DNA from: Candidatus Heimdallarchaeota archaeon B3_Heim
Lineage (GTDB): Archaea; Asgardarchaeota; Heimdallarchaeia; Hodarchaeales; Hodarchaeaceae
Direction of reading: 5' to 3'
Length of the DNA stretch: 32,000 bases
Assembly: GCA_003144275.1 (NCBI GenBank)
Contig: NJBF01000008.1
Coordinates: 66,932 to 98,931, forward strand
A program made the position numbers and the translations under genes. The notes beneath the pieces are model-generated. The model worked only from the letters and a program-made list of their open reading frames with translations. It was not told where the DNA came from and made no database searches. This document shows, piece by piece, positions 1 through 10,406 of the stretch (position 1 is the stretch's first letter; the number at the start of each line of letters is the position of its first letter).

Positions 1-339
1 AAGAATGAAACGGTGCTCGATCCTTTTTTAGGTTCAGGAACAACCTTGAAGATTTGTCGCATTACTGGACGAAAGGGTATAGGATACGAAGTTAATGAGA
101 ACTATAGAGAGTTGATTAAAACAAGAATTCTCGAAGATTGGGAATTTCCTCCAATTGAAGCACAATATAAGACGATGGGAACGACCTTTTTCTATGAAAC
201 ACTTCAATATGTTCATAACAGAATAGTAAGCGAACCTGCAATTTCTCTCAAAGAGATAATAAATGAACTTAATAGGAAGTTTCCGAAGAAATTTACCAAA
301 TCTTGGATATCACATCTTAACAGTCTAAATATGGAGTAG
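1..339 (+). CDS. Site-specific DNA methyltransferase (N4/N6 type), C-terminal part; gene starts before the window
   Basis: Frame is open from base 1 (KNETVLDPFLGSGTT...). It has SAM-binding motif I DPFxGSGTT followed by GRKGIGYEVN, typical of N6_N4_Mtase, then a ~65-aa C-terminal extension. Confidence 0.85.
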   Translation, partial: KNETVLDPFLGSGTTLKICRITGRKGIGYEVNENYRELIKTRILEDWEFPPIEAQYKTMGTTFFYETLQYVHNRIVSEPAISLKEIINELNRKFPKKFTKSWISHLNSLNME

Positions 340-658
340 TGTCTGAAATTCTCGTTTAGACATGTTTATTCAATAAAAACTCATTTAATTCAGGTATTAT
401 TGATATAAAATAAGCTAATACTTGGTCATATCAATTTTTTACCTGCTTTTCCTGGTTAAGACGAAGATATTATAGTCCACTAATAATTAAAGTCAATTTG
501 GCGAGTTGAAAATTCATTTTTCTTATTGAATTCTATGCATTGAGATAAGAACATCTAGTATGCTAACGAATTACTAAACACAACATCATATCATGAAGAT
601 CCTATACATGAAGGGTACGCAAACTAGGTAATGTTAGATACCAAAACAAAGGAATAAC

Positions 659-666
659 TTTATAAA
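659..666 (+). promoter_or_regulatory. TATA box of the histone gene
   Basis: TTTATAAA preceded by a purine-rich BRE-like stretch; SD AGGTGA at 719-724, 8 nt before ATG 733. Confidence 0.6.
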
Positions 667-732
667 GATAGGGAAATTCAAGTAATTGTCGAAAAAGAAT
701 CGACGTATTTTTGAGAAAAGGTGAAATAAATT

Positions 733-936
733 ATGGTAGGATTTGCAAGTGCTCGCGTAGAGAAGCTTATTCGTAATGCTGGTGCACGCCGTGTATCCGC
801 AGACGCAATCAGTCGGCTTAACGAGGTTTTAACCGACTATGGTATGGAACTAGCCAAATACGCAGTCGAAATTGCTCGTCACTCTGGTCGTAAGACCGTT
901 AAGGAAAATGATGTTAAATTAGCCGCAACCAAATAA
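733..936 (+). CDS. Archaeal histone (HMfA/HMfB family)
   Basis: 67-aa histone fold: ARVEKLIRNAGARRVSADA...IARHSGRKTVKENDVKLA, with RKTV...D clamp; no tail. Confidence 0.97.
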   Translation: MVGFASARVEKLIRNAGARRVSADAISRLNEVLTDYGMELAKYAVEIARHSGRKTVKENDVKLAATK

Positions 937-970
937 GGTTTAGACTAATTATATTTCATAAAATCCTTCA

Positions 971-986
971 CCTCCCTTTTTTTTTC
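971..986 (+). terminator. Oligo-T archaeal terminator after the histone gene
   Basis: CCTCCC followed by T9, about 35 nt after the stop and before the convergent response regulator. Confidence 0.55.
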
Positions 987-1070
987 TTACTAATAACATA
1001 AGAAGTCTTCTTTAAACGGAAAGATCATCGAGCAACGAATAACTTTTAATTAAATTGTCAAGCAGATAAA

Positions 1071-1484
1071 TTAGTTTTCAATCGCTCGCTCTTCACGAGT
1101 TACTGCTTTCAATTTTTCAGTTTGTAGTTGCTGAATTCGGTCTATTTCAGCTAATAGATTCCGAATACTGGTTGGTTTCGTAAAAAAACCAATAGCACCT
1201 GATTCCAGTGCCTCTTTCTCGACTCTCTTTTCAGCCGAGACGAATAAAACTTTAGCTTGAGGTGTTTTTTTTAATATCTCCTTCATTGCAACGAGTCCAT
1301 CCAGAACTGGCATACGGTAGTCCATGATTATGATATCAGGTTTAATAGGTAGCTCTGAAAATTTCTCAATGGCTTCTTTTCCGTTACTGGCATTCCCAAT
1401 GACATCATGACCTTCCATCATCAATAGCTTAGAATATATCATGAGGAGGTCTCTTTCATCATCTACCAAGAGAATGCGTGCCAT
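1071..1484 (-). CDS. Stand-alone response regulator receiver protein (CheY-like)
   Basis: ILLVDDE, phospho-acceptor IIMDYRMP, VSA, FTKP; no output domain; SD GAGGA. Confidence 0.95.
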   Translation of the reverse strand: MARILLVDDERDLLMIYSKLLMMEGHDVIGNASNGKEAIEKFSELPIKPDIIIMDYRMPVLDGLVAMKEILKKTPQAKVLFVSAEKRVEKEALESGAIGFFTKPTSIRNLLAEIDRIQQLQTEKLKAVTREERAIEN

Positions 1485-1682
1485 TATTAGTCCTCAAATT
1501 GATAATATATAATGAATCTATACCCATTTTTTGACGAAAATGGTATTTAGGGAGATTTGTTTAGTAATTTTAATATTACGTTACCTCATTTATTAAACTC
1601 ACTATATAATTTCGCAGTTCTTATTTGAAGAGCTGACAAGTCAAACTTCTGATTTGCCGATTTGATATACTATAAAGTAATT

Positions 1683-2816
1683 TCAACTTGTTTGTTCTGT
1701 TTCACCTAAAAATGTCAGGATTGGCATAAAAGAATCCATGTAATCAAGTGTAGTGATTGTGTGAGGAAGTGAAAGGAAGTTTCGATACTCTACATTAAAC
1801 AGAATATCATTGTCACTCATTAAGGATATTAAATGAGTTTCAGCCACTTTAGCTTCCTCAAAAGAGCTAAAAACCGCCGTTACTATGACATCGAACCCAA
1901 ATCTCATCAAAATAATTGGTGTTAGCACTTTATCAATAAGGCTTAGCGACATCTCAATAGTTGAGGCCTGAGATGAAATGATACAGTAGCGGCAAAGTAG
2001 AAGTATATTAAGCCCTAGTTTCTTAGTGTTGGGAAATAATCGGGGTACTATTACTCCTGAATCAACAAGTTTTTTCAACCACCTTGTAGTAGTCGTCCTT
2101 GGTCTTCCAGTTAGTTGAGATACTTCCCTTGGAGTTCGTCCTGGCGCTTCGAGAAAAGAATAGAGGATTTCTTGTCCTACTTGTGTTATTCTCAGTTGAG
2201 GATCTTGGGGGGGCAGAAAAATAGGTTTCTCTAGTTTTTCTTCTAAGCTTAAACCAAAAAGTCTGAATAATGATTTAGAATAATCTAGAAATCTTGGAAA
2301 TTCTGATAATCGAATGGGAAAATGTAATTCTTGTTGGAAACTGAAATTTATTCCCAAATTCAATAGGTTGTTTTCTAGTTGATCTGATATTTCTTCAAAT
2401 TTATTATAATTTTCATAACAGCTCAAAGTTAACGCCAAGTTACTCTCAACGGCTGAAAACAGAAGTCTATTGGAATTTTTTAGAATATCTAGAAAATTAA
2501 CTGACTTTTTTTCATCAGATGAATCAGATACACCATAATAGGAAGATAGTTCCGATATGACTCGTATATTGAGGGTGATAAATTCTATGTTGAGATATGC
2601 CACATTAGGTAAATAAACGAGCGTATAGTACTTTTTGGCCTTTAGCCGTTTCTTTATGGTTGAGAATGTGGAACGTTTGATGCCAATTTTTAATGCAAGT
2701 TCGAAATCGGGAATTTCTGGATATTGGACAAGGTAGGCCATCACGAGTTGCTCTCGTTCACTTAATCCACCTACGAAATCTGATTCATTTTTCATACAGA
2801 ATATCCATCCTATCAA
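1683..2816 (-). CDS. Internally duplicated Lrp/AsnC-like wHTH regulator (copy B); start may be ATG at 2795
   Basis: Two HTH-like segments (DFELALKIGIKRSTFSTIKKRL; PREVSQLTGRPRTTTTRWLKKL), each followed by PN..xLG and a RAM-like domain. Confidence 0.7.
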   Translation of the reverse strand: MIGWIFCMKNESDFVGGLSEREQLVMAYLVQYPEIPDFELALKIGIKRSTFSTIKKRLKAKKYYTLVYLPNVAYLNIEFITLNIRVISELSSYYGVSDSSDEKKSVNFLDILKNSNRLLFSAVESNLALTLSCYENYNKFEEISDQLENNLLNLGINFSFQQELHFPIRLSEFPRFLDYSKSLFRLFGLSLEEKLEKPIFLPPQDPQLRITQVGQEILYSFLEAPGRTPREVSQLTGRPRTTTTRWLKKLVDSGVIVPRLFPNTKKLGLNILLLCRYCIISSQASTIEMSLSLIDKVLTPIILMRFGFDVIVTAVFSSFEEAKVAETHLISLMSDNDILFNVEYRNFLSLPHTITTLDYMDSFMPILTFLGETEQTS

Positions 2817-3970
2817 ATAGAATTCTTGATTACGGTATTTTTATTGAATGGCTTCAAGTTATACCTCTCTGAAGCTTTTAAATACTCCAAAAGTGGATTT
2901 AAAGAGCGATGAAAATCTTTAACAAATGATAAATTTCCTGTCGAGGTCACTATTTTGTCTTTTATTTGATTGGGGGTATTCGTAGTGTTACGAATGGTTT
3001 TTATAAAGGCATTCTCATCTTTACGGAAACTAGAATAATCTTTCGATACAGAATTTATCACTATTTCTCTGTGACTAATAAAGAGATTGAATGGGTGCAT
3101 ATTGTATTGCACACTTTCAATTAAACGTTTCCTATCTTTGTCATTAAGCCCTCGTATCGAAATAAAATATGCTACCTGTATTTTCATACCAAGCATAACT
3201 AAATTGGGCATGTATCGGGTAAAATAGAGTTCATTTCTTAGAAAAAATTGCACCCAGCGAGAAATTGTATTCCTAGGTTTACCAACAATTTCTGCTAGCT
3301 CAATTATCGATTTACTTGGGTAATTAATTAAATTATTGAAAATTTTCCACCCTACGGGAGATATTTGGTCAATTACATCTTCACTAGAACATAATAGAGG
3401 AGAAGTTGAGTGTTTCTCTTCAATCAGAATTCCCCAAACTGATGCCAGTTGTTTTCCGTATTCCATGAAATTTAACACCCCTTGTTCCGTAGCGGGACCT
3501 GTATATAGGTGGAAATTATGTGGATCGGACAGACCAGATTCATAACAAAAGCCGGCTAGTGTTTTATGTGCTAACGTCACATCAGTTAATGATTTACTAA
3601 TTAGAAGCGAAAATCCACCATGAGTATCAATAATAGACGAAACAATGCTTGGAAAGTGTTGAATGCGTTCTTGTAGACTGGAAGGTTGATTATTCATCAA
3701 TCTCGCAAGTATAACAGGATTCAGATGAAAGGACTCTAATGCGATTACTTCAGCTTTTAGTGATAGGAAATTTGGAATATTCACTGGTCGAATCGCTAAT
3801 GAACTAATAAGTTCTTTTTTAATTGTTGAGAATGTTGAACGTTTTACTGATAGTTTTCGGGCAATTTCATAATCAGAATCTATGGGATACAAACATAAAC
3901 CAACGATCACTCGCTTCTGATTCATCGTTAAGCTATGGGTACCAATCATCCTAAGATATTCCAAATTCAA
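2813..3970 (-). CDS. Internally duplicated Lrp/AsnC-like wHTH regulator (copy A)
   Basis: Paralog of 1683-2816: DYEIARKLSVKRSTFSTIKKEL and IIELAEIVGKPRNTISRWV, each followed by PN motifs. Confidence 0.7.
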   Translation of the reverse strand: MNLEYLRMIGTHSLTMNQKRVIVGLCLYPIDSDYEIARKLSVKRSTFSTIKKELISSLAIRPVNIPNFLSLKAEVIALESFHLNPVILARLMNNQPSSLQERIQHFPSIVSSIIDTHGGFSLLISKSLTDVTLAHKTLAGFCYESGLSDPHNFHLYTGPATEQGVLNFMEYGKQLASVWGILIEEKHSTSPLLCSSEDVIDQISPVGWKIFNNLINYPSKSIIELAEIVGKPRNTISRWVQFFLRNELYFTRYMPNLVMLGMKIQVAYFISIRGLNDKDRKRLIESVQYNMHPFNLFISHREIVINSVSKDYSSFRKDENAFIKTIRNTTNTPNQIKDKIVTSTGNLSFVKDFHRSLNPLLEYLKASERYNLKPFNKNTVIKNSI

Positions 3971-4725
3971 TATTTACTGTGAAAAATAATTGAATGATGT
4001 ACTGATACACCCTACTTATAATATATTAGGTACAAAAAATAATAAATCTTGAAATGAAAAAGGGGAAGTGGGCACCAGCTCTCAACAACGAGTAGCTCCT
4101 TCTTCATCGTAATCCCAGGGCTTATTTACGAAACTACCTCTCTCTCCTCCATTTTTCCCTCTACAAGAAGAATTGTGAAAGCACTTTGTTCGCAGCCAGA
4201 ACTAGTTGTCCTCAAACGGAAAATTTGCCTCTAGTACATCGTCTAAGGCCCAATTGCGAAGAATAGATCCAATTTGATCAGATATATACTTTTTCCCACA
4301 TTATAATGCGGTCTTAACTAAGCCAGGCATTGATTTAACAACAGTTTCCAAAAATACCCCCTTTACGAACTTAAAAGATATTATTCTTATTAAAGAGATC
4401 GATGATGGCATAATATAACAAGTTTCAATCGAATTTTCCGTGTTAAAGCAACAAAAATGGTATTAATTCCCTAAAGTTATAAAATAGCAAGAATTTCATT
4501 AAAAGGACATGAAGTTCTCACTACATTTAGAAAATATTGGTCTGATCCGAATACAGCAAGTGATACGGCCATGATCGTATTTGTTGCCAAATTTGAGTAA
4601 CAATATTTGTTGAAGAAATTACTAAAATAAATAGTTCGAAAGGGAGTATAATCAAAAATTAGGACATGAAATCAGATATGCGCATTTTTATTGAAGTCCC
4701 CATGAAGACTGGAGGAGAAAAAGAA

Positions 4726-5478
4726 TTAATAAGTGTTAAAAAAGTCAATATGTCTAAACTGAGGGGGGTTATAAAGAGCATCATTCAGTAAAACGTTAGA
4801 AAGAAATTCAAAGAGTCTCAACACAGAGTCAGGATGATTGGCTGAACAACCTAAATTTAATTTCGTTGAGAATTTTTTCATATTTAATTCCTCTAAGGAA
4901 TCACCAGTCTCTTTACCAGTAATCCAATGCTCTTTTGCCTCATAATCCCACTTCTCAATCTGACTGGGAGGATAATTTTCTCTAATCTCTTCAAGCTGTT
5001 CTTCCGTGTAGACATAGTCTGTAAATACACAATCTAAATCTAAAGCGACAAAGAATCGCTTGACTGATGAAGGTAGGTATTTATGCAAATAAAAACCATA
5101 AGCATAGGTACTTGGTTCTGTAAAGAATTTACTATAATAAAGTAGTAGAATAATTGAATCTTTATTTATGAGATTGGACAGTTCCGAGTCTTTAATCATT
5201 TTCTCTGTATGCCCTTTTTTTCGCATAAGAACATTGAAATAATCAATTCTACCAAGATGGTGCAAATAATACTCCGTGATATTTAATGTCGTTTTAATTA
5301 ATCCTCTTTGTTTTAATTCTTGGATAAATTCATCAGATTTCACTAAATCTAAGAATTTTCTAAGTCGGTCAAAACTAGGAGAACCTTTATAGTTTTCTGT
5401 TTCGCTAATAGGGGAAAAAATAACGATATTTGTCTTATCTAAACCACTGTTACCCAACGAGTGCACCCTCACAATCAT
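4726..5478 (-). CDS. Hypothetical protein (250 aa)
   Basis: Long ORF with normal composition; TATA-like TTTAAATA about 25-30 nt upstream of the ATG (leaderless). No family recognised. Confidence 0.7.
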   Translation of the reverse strand: MIVRVHSLGNSGLDKTNIVIFSPISETENYKGSPSFDRLRKFLDLVKSDEFIQELKQRGLIKTTLNITEYYLHHLGRIDYFNVLMRKKGHTEKMIKDSELSNLINKDSIILLLYYSKFFTEPSTYAYGFYLHKYLPSSVKRFFVALDLDCVFTDYVYTEEQLEEIRENYPPSQIEKWDYEAKEHWITGKETGDSLEELNMKKFSTKLNLGCSANHPDSVLRLFEFLSNVLLNDALYNPPQFRHIDFFNTY

Positions 5479-5528
5479 TATCTGATTGATAAAATACTCG
5501 GATATTTAAAATTACCCTAGAACTTTGT

Positions 5529-5548
5529 ATTCATGTAGGACCATGAAT
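5529..5548. promoter_or_regulatory. Inverted repeat ATTCATG-N6-CATGAAT, candidate operator
   Basis: Perfect 7-bp inverted repeat just upstream of the putative TATA box of 4726-5478. Confidence 0.3.
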
Positions 5549-5680
5549 TCGTTGACACATATAATTTACCAGTTACTACAATCCATTCTTCTCTCCATAA
5601 CTGGACACCACATCGAGAGGATACCTACTAAGAGTCGAACAAGGGAAAAAACAGAAATGGAAAAAAATCTATTTCTCAAA

Positions 5681-6289
5681 TTATATTAGATCTAGAGCAT
5701 CTTTTAGTTGGTCTTTTTCTTTTTCTGAAAGGCCTTCCTTACTGGGTATTAATAAATCAGATTCTCCAGCTAAGGACATTGAAACTTGTAGAGATTTGTC
5801 GAGATAGTAAGTGGCTTTGTCTTCCATTTTTTTATACTTATACGCCGCTGAAATGATGTACAAACTAGTAGCAATACCCTTTACATAACCAATATCTTGT
5901 GTCACTGCCAAAGCTTCTTCGGTAAAATCAAAAGCTTTGATGAAATCTTTTCTCTCCATTGCGAGGACCCAAGCTAAATTTAACAATGCTTCAGCAGTAC
6001 CTTTTTTGTACTTATGAACACGAGCATTTGCTAGTGAAGTGGCGGTAATTTCCAGGAACTTTTCAAAAGAATTGTTTTTCCAATGTAAAATACCCAAAGC
6101 ATTCTGAACATCAATCTCAGGTTGAACAAAAGACAATTTCGCTGCTTCTTTCAGAGTCTCTTCTAAGAGCAAAATGGCTTTTGAATAAGCTCCTTCTTCT
6201 GCAAGGGAAACGGATTTTTGAAGGATCGCCTTAAATTTATCGATTACCTGAGGATCAAGGGTTTTCATTTTCTTGTTCATTTTGCTCAC
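5681..6289 (-). CDS. Tetratricopeptide-repeat protein
   Basis: About 3-4 helical repeats with TPR spacing (QNALGILHW..., AEALLNLAWV..., ATSLYIISAAY..A..YLDKSL). Confidence 0.8.
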   Translation of the reverse strand: MSKMNKKMKTLDPQVIDKFKAILQKSVSLAEEGAYSKAILLLEETLKEAAKLSFVQPEIDVQNALGILHWKNNSFEKFLEITATSLANARVHKYKKGTAEALLNLAWVLAMERKDFIKAFDFTEEALAVTQDIGYVKGIATSLYIISAAYKYKKMEDKATYYLDKSLQVSMSLAGESDLLIPSKEGLSEKEKDQLKDALDLI

Positions 6290-6531
6290 TTTGCGAACCT
6301 TGAGAAGCTACCAGTACAAAACTTCTGTATTCCTCTGCTACTCTATGAAAAATTTCTGAATTCGTTAATTAAATATTTTGATAGTTCACTACCTAAATAA
6401 TATTTCCCATTGAAGTTATCTCTAACACTCAAACTTTCTATAGAATATAGATTTAGACTAGAGAATTACCACTGTAAAATGCTTGAAGTCGGAAGGAATT
6501 AAGAAAACTACTACCTAGAATGTGTTAAACA

Positions 6532-7248
6532 ATGCGTTGTCTAGGAGATTATGTTCTAGGGGAATTTCTTGAAAGACCAAATAGATTTTTGGCTCGAGTA
6601 CGCGAAATTCCGTCACAAACAGAACACTATGCTCATGTTCCGGATCCTGGACGTTTACGTGAGCTTTTAGTTCCATCCGTAGAGGTTCTTCTTGCGAGAA
6701 GTGATAATCAAAGAAGAAAAACTAAATTTTCTCTCGTTGGAGTGAAAGCTGGTTCCATATGGGTGAATATAGACTCACAACTGAGTAATCAGCTGTTCAA
6801 AGAGGATTATGCAAAAATTGAGCGGTATCGGGATTTTAAACTCTTGAAATCAGAGTTCACATTTCAAAAGTCACGTTTTGATTTTTTGATGGAAGATCAT
6901 AGTAATTCCTCGGCACCTAAAAAGACCCTTATTGAAGTGAAAAGTGCAACACTCGTTAAGGATCATACTGCGATGTTTCCTGACGCACCAACGGCAAGAG
7001 GCGCACGACACGTGAAGGAATTAACGGAGGCACTATCTGTTGGTTATAACGCTGAAATTGTGTTTATAACAAAACGGAATGATGCCATTAATTTCACTCC
7101 CTATAGAGAAATGGATCCCAATTTTTATGAGGCATTAGTTATAGCGAAAAAAACTGGAGTAAAACTGTGTGCAGTTGTTTGTAATTATGATCCGATCGAA
7201 TCACAAGAGCTCACTATTATCAAAGAAATACCTATTTTTGGAGTCTAA
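6532..7248 (+). CDS. sfsA: DNA/RNA nuclease SfsA
   Basis: RPNRF, AHVPDPGRLRELL, SRFDFL, IEVKSATL, FPDAPTARGARHVKEL. Confidence 0.96.
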   Translation: MRCLGDYVLGEFLERPNRFLARVREIPSQTEHYAHVPDPGRLRELLVPSVEVLLARSDNQRRKTKFSLVGVKAGSIWVNIDSQLSNQLFKEDYAKIERYRDFKLLKSEFTFQKSRFDFLMEDHSNSSAPKKTLIEVKSATLVKDHTAMFPDAPTARGARHVKELTEALSVGYNAEIVFITKRNDAINFTPYREMDPNFYEALVIAKKTGVKLCAVVCNYDPIESQELTIIKEIPIFGV

Positions 7249-7402
7249 TATAATATAAACAGTAATAAAGGTAACAAGTTCGATTTCTATTAAACTCTCA
7301 TTATCTCTTCCGAAAAAGGGGAAAAATTAACCTCTGTGTCTGAAATTGACTTAAATCTCCAAGATTAAACCGAAAATTACTTTAATCTGAGCGTTTTACA
7401 TA

Positions 7403-7409
7403 TTTATAA
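7403..7409 (+). promoter_or_regulatory. TATA box of dinB (leaderless transcript likely)
   Basis: TTTATAA about 23-29 nt upstream of TTG 7432. Confidence 0.45.
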
Positions 7410-7431
7410 GATCTTTCGAAACTCGCTGTGT

Positions 7432-8544
7432 TTGACGGTAACGAGAGTGTGGAAGCAAGTAATTGCCCATGTTGATTTAGATGCATTTTTTGCTAGTGTC
7501 CATCTGAAAATTCATCCTTTTCTAAAAAATTATCCGGTAATTATTGGCTCAGATCCCCAAGCAGGAAAAGGACGAGGTGTAGTCTCTACCTGTTCGTATG
7601 AGGCAAGAAAATTCGGACTCCATTCGGGCATGCCAATTTCAACCGCGTATCGACAATGTCCAGATGGAATATATATATGCTCGGGACGTGAGATATCGTT
7701 CACCAATTATCATAAAGAATCTAAGAAAGTAATGGCAATTTTAAAAGAATACACCCCAATTTTTCAAAGTTCAGGACTAGATGAAGCATATTTAGACTTA
7801 ACACAAGTTTGGGAAGAGTATGGTGATACACCAAGAGCGGTTGCTCAAGATATTCAAAATAGGATTCAAAACAAGCTCTCATTACCAATTTCGGTGGGAA
7901 TAGCTGAATCAAAATCCATAGCTAAGATCGGAAGTGACCTTAACAAACCTAATGGTATTGCAATTGTATCGAATACTGATATTCCCATCAAGCTTCATGC
8001 TTTGCCAGTAAGGAAAATTAATGGAGTGGGAAAAAAGACCGAACAAGTGCTTAATCGGAAAGGATTAAAGACAATAGGAGATATCGCAAACACTACTCGG
8101 GAGAAAATCTTTTTACTCTTAGGGGATTATGGCTTGCATTTACAGAAAGTCGTACATGGTGAGAATTATCGACCTGTTGGAAATTTTCGTGGGGAAAGAA
8201 AATCAATAAGCTCTGAGAGAACATTTCGAACAGACCAAAATGATTGGAAGGTTATTAACACCAAAGTAAAAGATATCACCTCTAAACTGGTTAGTAGACT
8301 TCAAGAATATCGTCTCTTGACTAAAACTGTTAGTATTAAAATCCGTTTCGAAGGTTACATTACTTATACTCGTAGTTCTAGCTTTACTAATTATCTTAAT
8401 GATGAATCCGCTATCCTAGGGAAGACCAGATACTTATTGGATGAGTTTAGAAATTCACAAAAGAAAGTACGTTTAATTGGCGTGAGGGTTTCGAGTTTAA
8501 AGAAACAAGGCGGTCAAACGGTATTAACTCAATTTCTTTCTTAA
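7432..8544 (+). CDS. dinB: DNA polymerase IV (Y family, DinB/Dbh)
   Basis: HVDLDAFFASV, STCSYEARKFGLHSGM, GLDEAYLD, SKSIAKIGSDLNKPNG, GVGKKT, little finger RKSISSERTF...RLIGVRVSSL. Confidence 0.97.
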   Translation: MTVTRVWKQVIAHVDLDAFFASVHLKIHPFLKNYPVIIGSDPQAGKGRGVVSTCSYEARKFGLHSGMPISTAYRQCPDGIYICSGREISFTNYHKESKKVMAILKEYTPIFQSSGLDEAYLDLTQVWEEYGDTPRAVAQDIQNRIQNKLSLPISVGIAESKSIAKIGSDLNKPNGIAIVSNTDIPIKLHALPVRKINGVGKKTEQVLNRKGLKTIGDIANTTREKIFLLLGDYGLHLQKVVHGENYRPVGNFRGERKSISSERTFRTDQNDWKVINTKVKDITSKLVSRLQEYRLLTKTVSIKIRFEGYITYTRSSSFTNYLNDESAILGKTRYLLDEFRNSQKKVRLIGVRVSSLKKQGGQTVLTQFLS

Positions 8545-8672
8545 CTCAGACAAATACAATGTGTTTAATTGAAATTCAGCATAATCTAGCTCTACTTATT
8601 CAAGAACATTAAAAAAATTACAGCTGAAAGAGAACATAGTACAAATATTATTTTCTATAGAGGTCTCCCAAA

Positions 8673-10235
8673 ATGGTTTATCGTTTATCAAAAATGCGTT
8701 TTAAGACAAAAGTGCTATTTTTCTGTGTGATCTGGATTTTTTCCGCAATGATAGCTACCGTAGGTGCGATGTTTATTACAACGGCAGCAATTCTTCCTAG
8801 TACTCCCTACAATATTGACGAAAGTCCACTGATTAGAGAGATTCGCCTAGATATGGGTAAATGGTATAGCTGGAATTATTTTAATGAAGAAACTGGGGAC
8901 TGGTTCCAAAATGTAACAGTTTCAGAACAGGAAGGAAAATTACTTGTCTATACTTTGGGTGGAACCCGTATTCCTGACTTTAGGCCTTATCGACTCGAGG
9001 AGGTTAGGGCGAATGGATGGGTTACTTTCTTCCCAGAAGCAGAAATCCTTAACTTCTTTTATCATGACCCATCAACAAACAATTTCACAGTTTACGATGT
9101 CCATATTGGTTTTCGTGAAGCTATATGGGTTAATATGGAGACACATGAGTTAGTTCCCCATTATCAACCCCAAAAGTCATTTCCAATATTTCAGCGAGCC
9201 GAAGAAGGAGCCAGCACTGGAGCTGATCGTTCTGGGGAAATCATAGGAAATTATTATGAGGTTAGCAACAGACCAATTCTAGACTGGTTGAAACAGATAG
9301 TTATTGCAATTGGTGAAAATTTCATAAACGAGTTTCTCTTCGTAGGAAGTTTATTACTCATAACGGTAGCAATTGGAGGAGGTGCAAGTATCCTCACTGC
9401 ATTTTTATTGATCATATTCCGTATTGTCAAGTTAATTGGAGGAAGATTTTGGACATATATGGTTCTTAAGATGCTTAATGGCAAGACAGGGAAATTAATT
9501 AATATTATCCCATTTTTTGACTTCGAAGGTGAAACTTATATTGAAGAAAGCTTTGTAAATGTCATTAATCTATCTGGTGTTCGATCTACTCTCGGAGAAT
9601 TATATAAACAAAGAGCTTACGATATTTTATTCTTCCCCACGGCATTAGCAGCCATTTTAACTATATTATTTGTACAAAATTCTCCTTTTGAAGACAAAGT
9701 TACCGCCCTTGTTTGGAGTCCAATCTTATCTCCGTTTGTTCTACTAATTCTTCTCTTCTACATTCCAGTTATCTGGAGTTTTAACGAGGGAGGATTCAAA
9801 CGAATTAAATCAAGTCCACAGGGGGATATTGTTGCGGTAAAACCTCTCGGAAAGATATTAAGAGATGGACTAGGCATTATTATTGGATTTTCTGGTATAA
9901 TATCCCTTGGAGCGCTTGCAGTACAAGTCACAGAAAGTTTTGCTGGACAAGCTACCTCCACAGAGGGAATACAGGTTGCTGGGTTTTCATTAGATCTTTT
10001 TGGAATAGCTCTACTAGTTCTGTGGACAATAGGCCTCTTTTTGATTTTGCTTGCTTCAATACTAGTCGGTGCATCGTTAATAGCAGTATCATACCTGCAA
10101 TCCACACATTTGAATACAATCAAAGAGCTTCGTGAACGATCAGAGAAAGATCAAGTGATAAGTAACTTTGGATCGCTATCAGCCAATTTTAAACCAAAAG
10201 GAATTGAAACCATTTACTCAACGGATGATGAATGA
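8673..10235 (+). CDS. Multi-pass membrane protein with N-terminal extracytoplasmic domain, unknown function
   Basis: N-terminal TM helix, ~180-aa soluble loop, then about 5-6 hydrophobic segments. Confidence 0.8.
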   Translation: MVYRLSKMRFKTKVLFFCVIWIFSAMIATVGAMFITTAAILPSTPYNIDESPLIREIRLDMGKWYSWNYFNEETGDWFQNVTVSEQEGKLLVYTLGGTRIPDFRPYRLEEVRANGWVTFFPEAEILNFFYHDPSTNNFTVYDVHIGFREAIWVNMETHELVPHYQPQKSFPIFQRAEEGASTGADRSGEIIGNYYEVSNRPILDWLKQIVIAIGENFINEFLFVGSLLLITVAIGGGASILTAFLLIIFRIVKLIGGRFWTYMVLKMLNGKTGKLINIIPFFDFEGETYIEESFVNVINLSGVRSTLGELYKQRAYDILFFPTALAAILTILFVQNSPFEDKVTALVWSPILSPFVLLILLFYIPVIWSFNEGGFKRIKSSPQGDIVAVKPLGKILRDGLGIIIGFSGIISLGALAVQVTESFAGQATSTEGIQVAGFSLDLFGIALLVLWTIGLFLILLASILVGASLIAVSYLQSTHLNTIKELRERSEKDQVISNFGSLSANFKPKGIETIYSTDDE

Positions 10236-10406
10236 GGATTAACGGAGTTAATTATTGTTAATTTTCCCCCCATTCTCCCTTTTTTATCTAATTACGAGTA
10301 TATAGACAATTTACGAATATCAAAATCATTCCCCTTGTAAGAATCTGCGATGGCCGAATGCAAGTCATATTAAAAGATGATGATTACAGCTACATAGGTT
10401 ATAACT

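Noticed and set aside
1-339. Restriction-modification system
   Set aside because: Only the MTase C-terminus is visible and no endonuclease follows; the upstream context is outside the window.
956-976. Strong SD-like GGAGGTGA plus ATG on the minus strand after the histone gene
   Set aside because: Encodes only MKYN*; it is the reverse complement of the histone terminator region.
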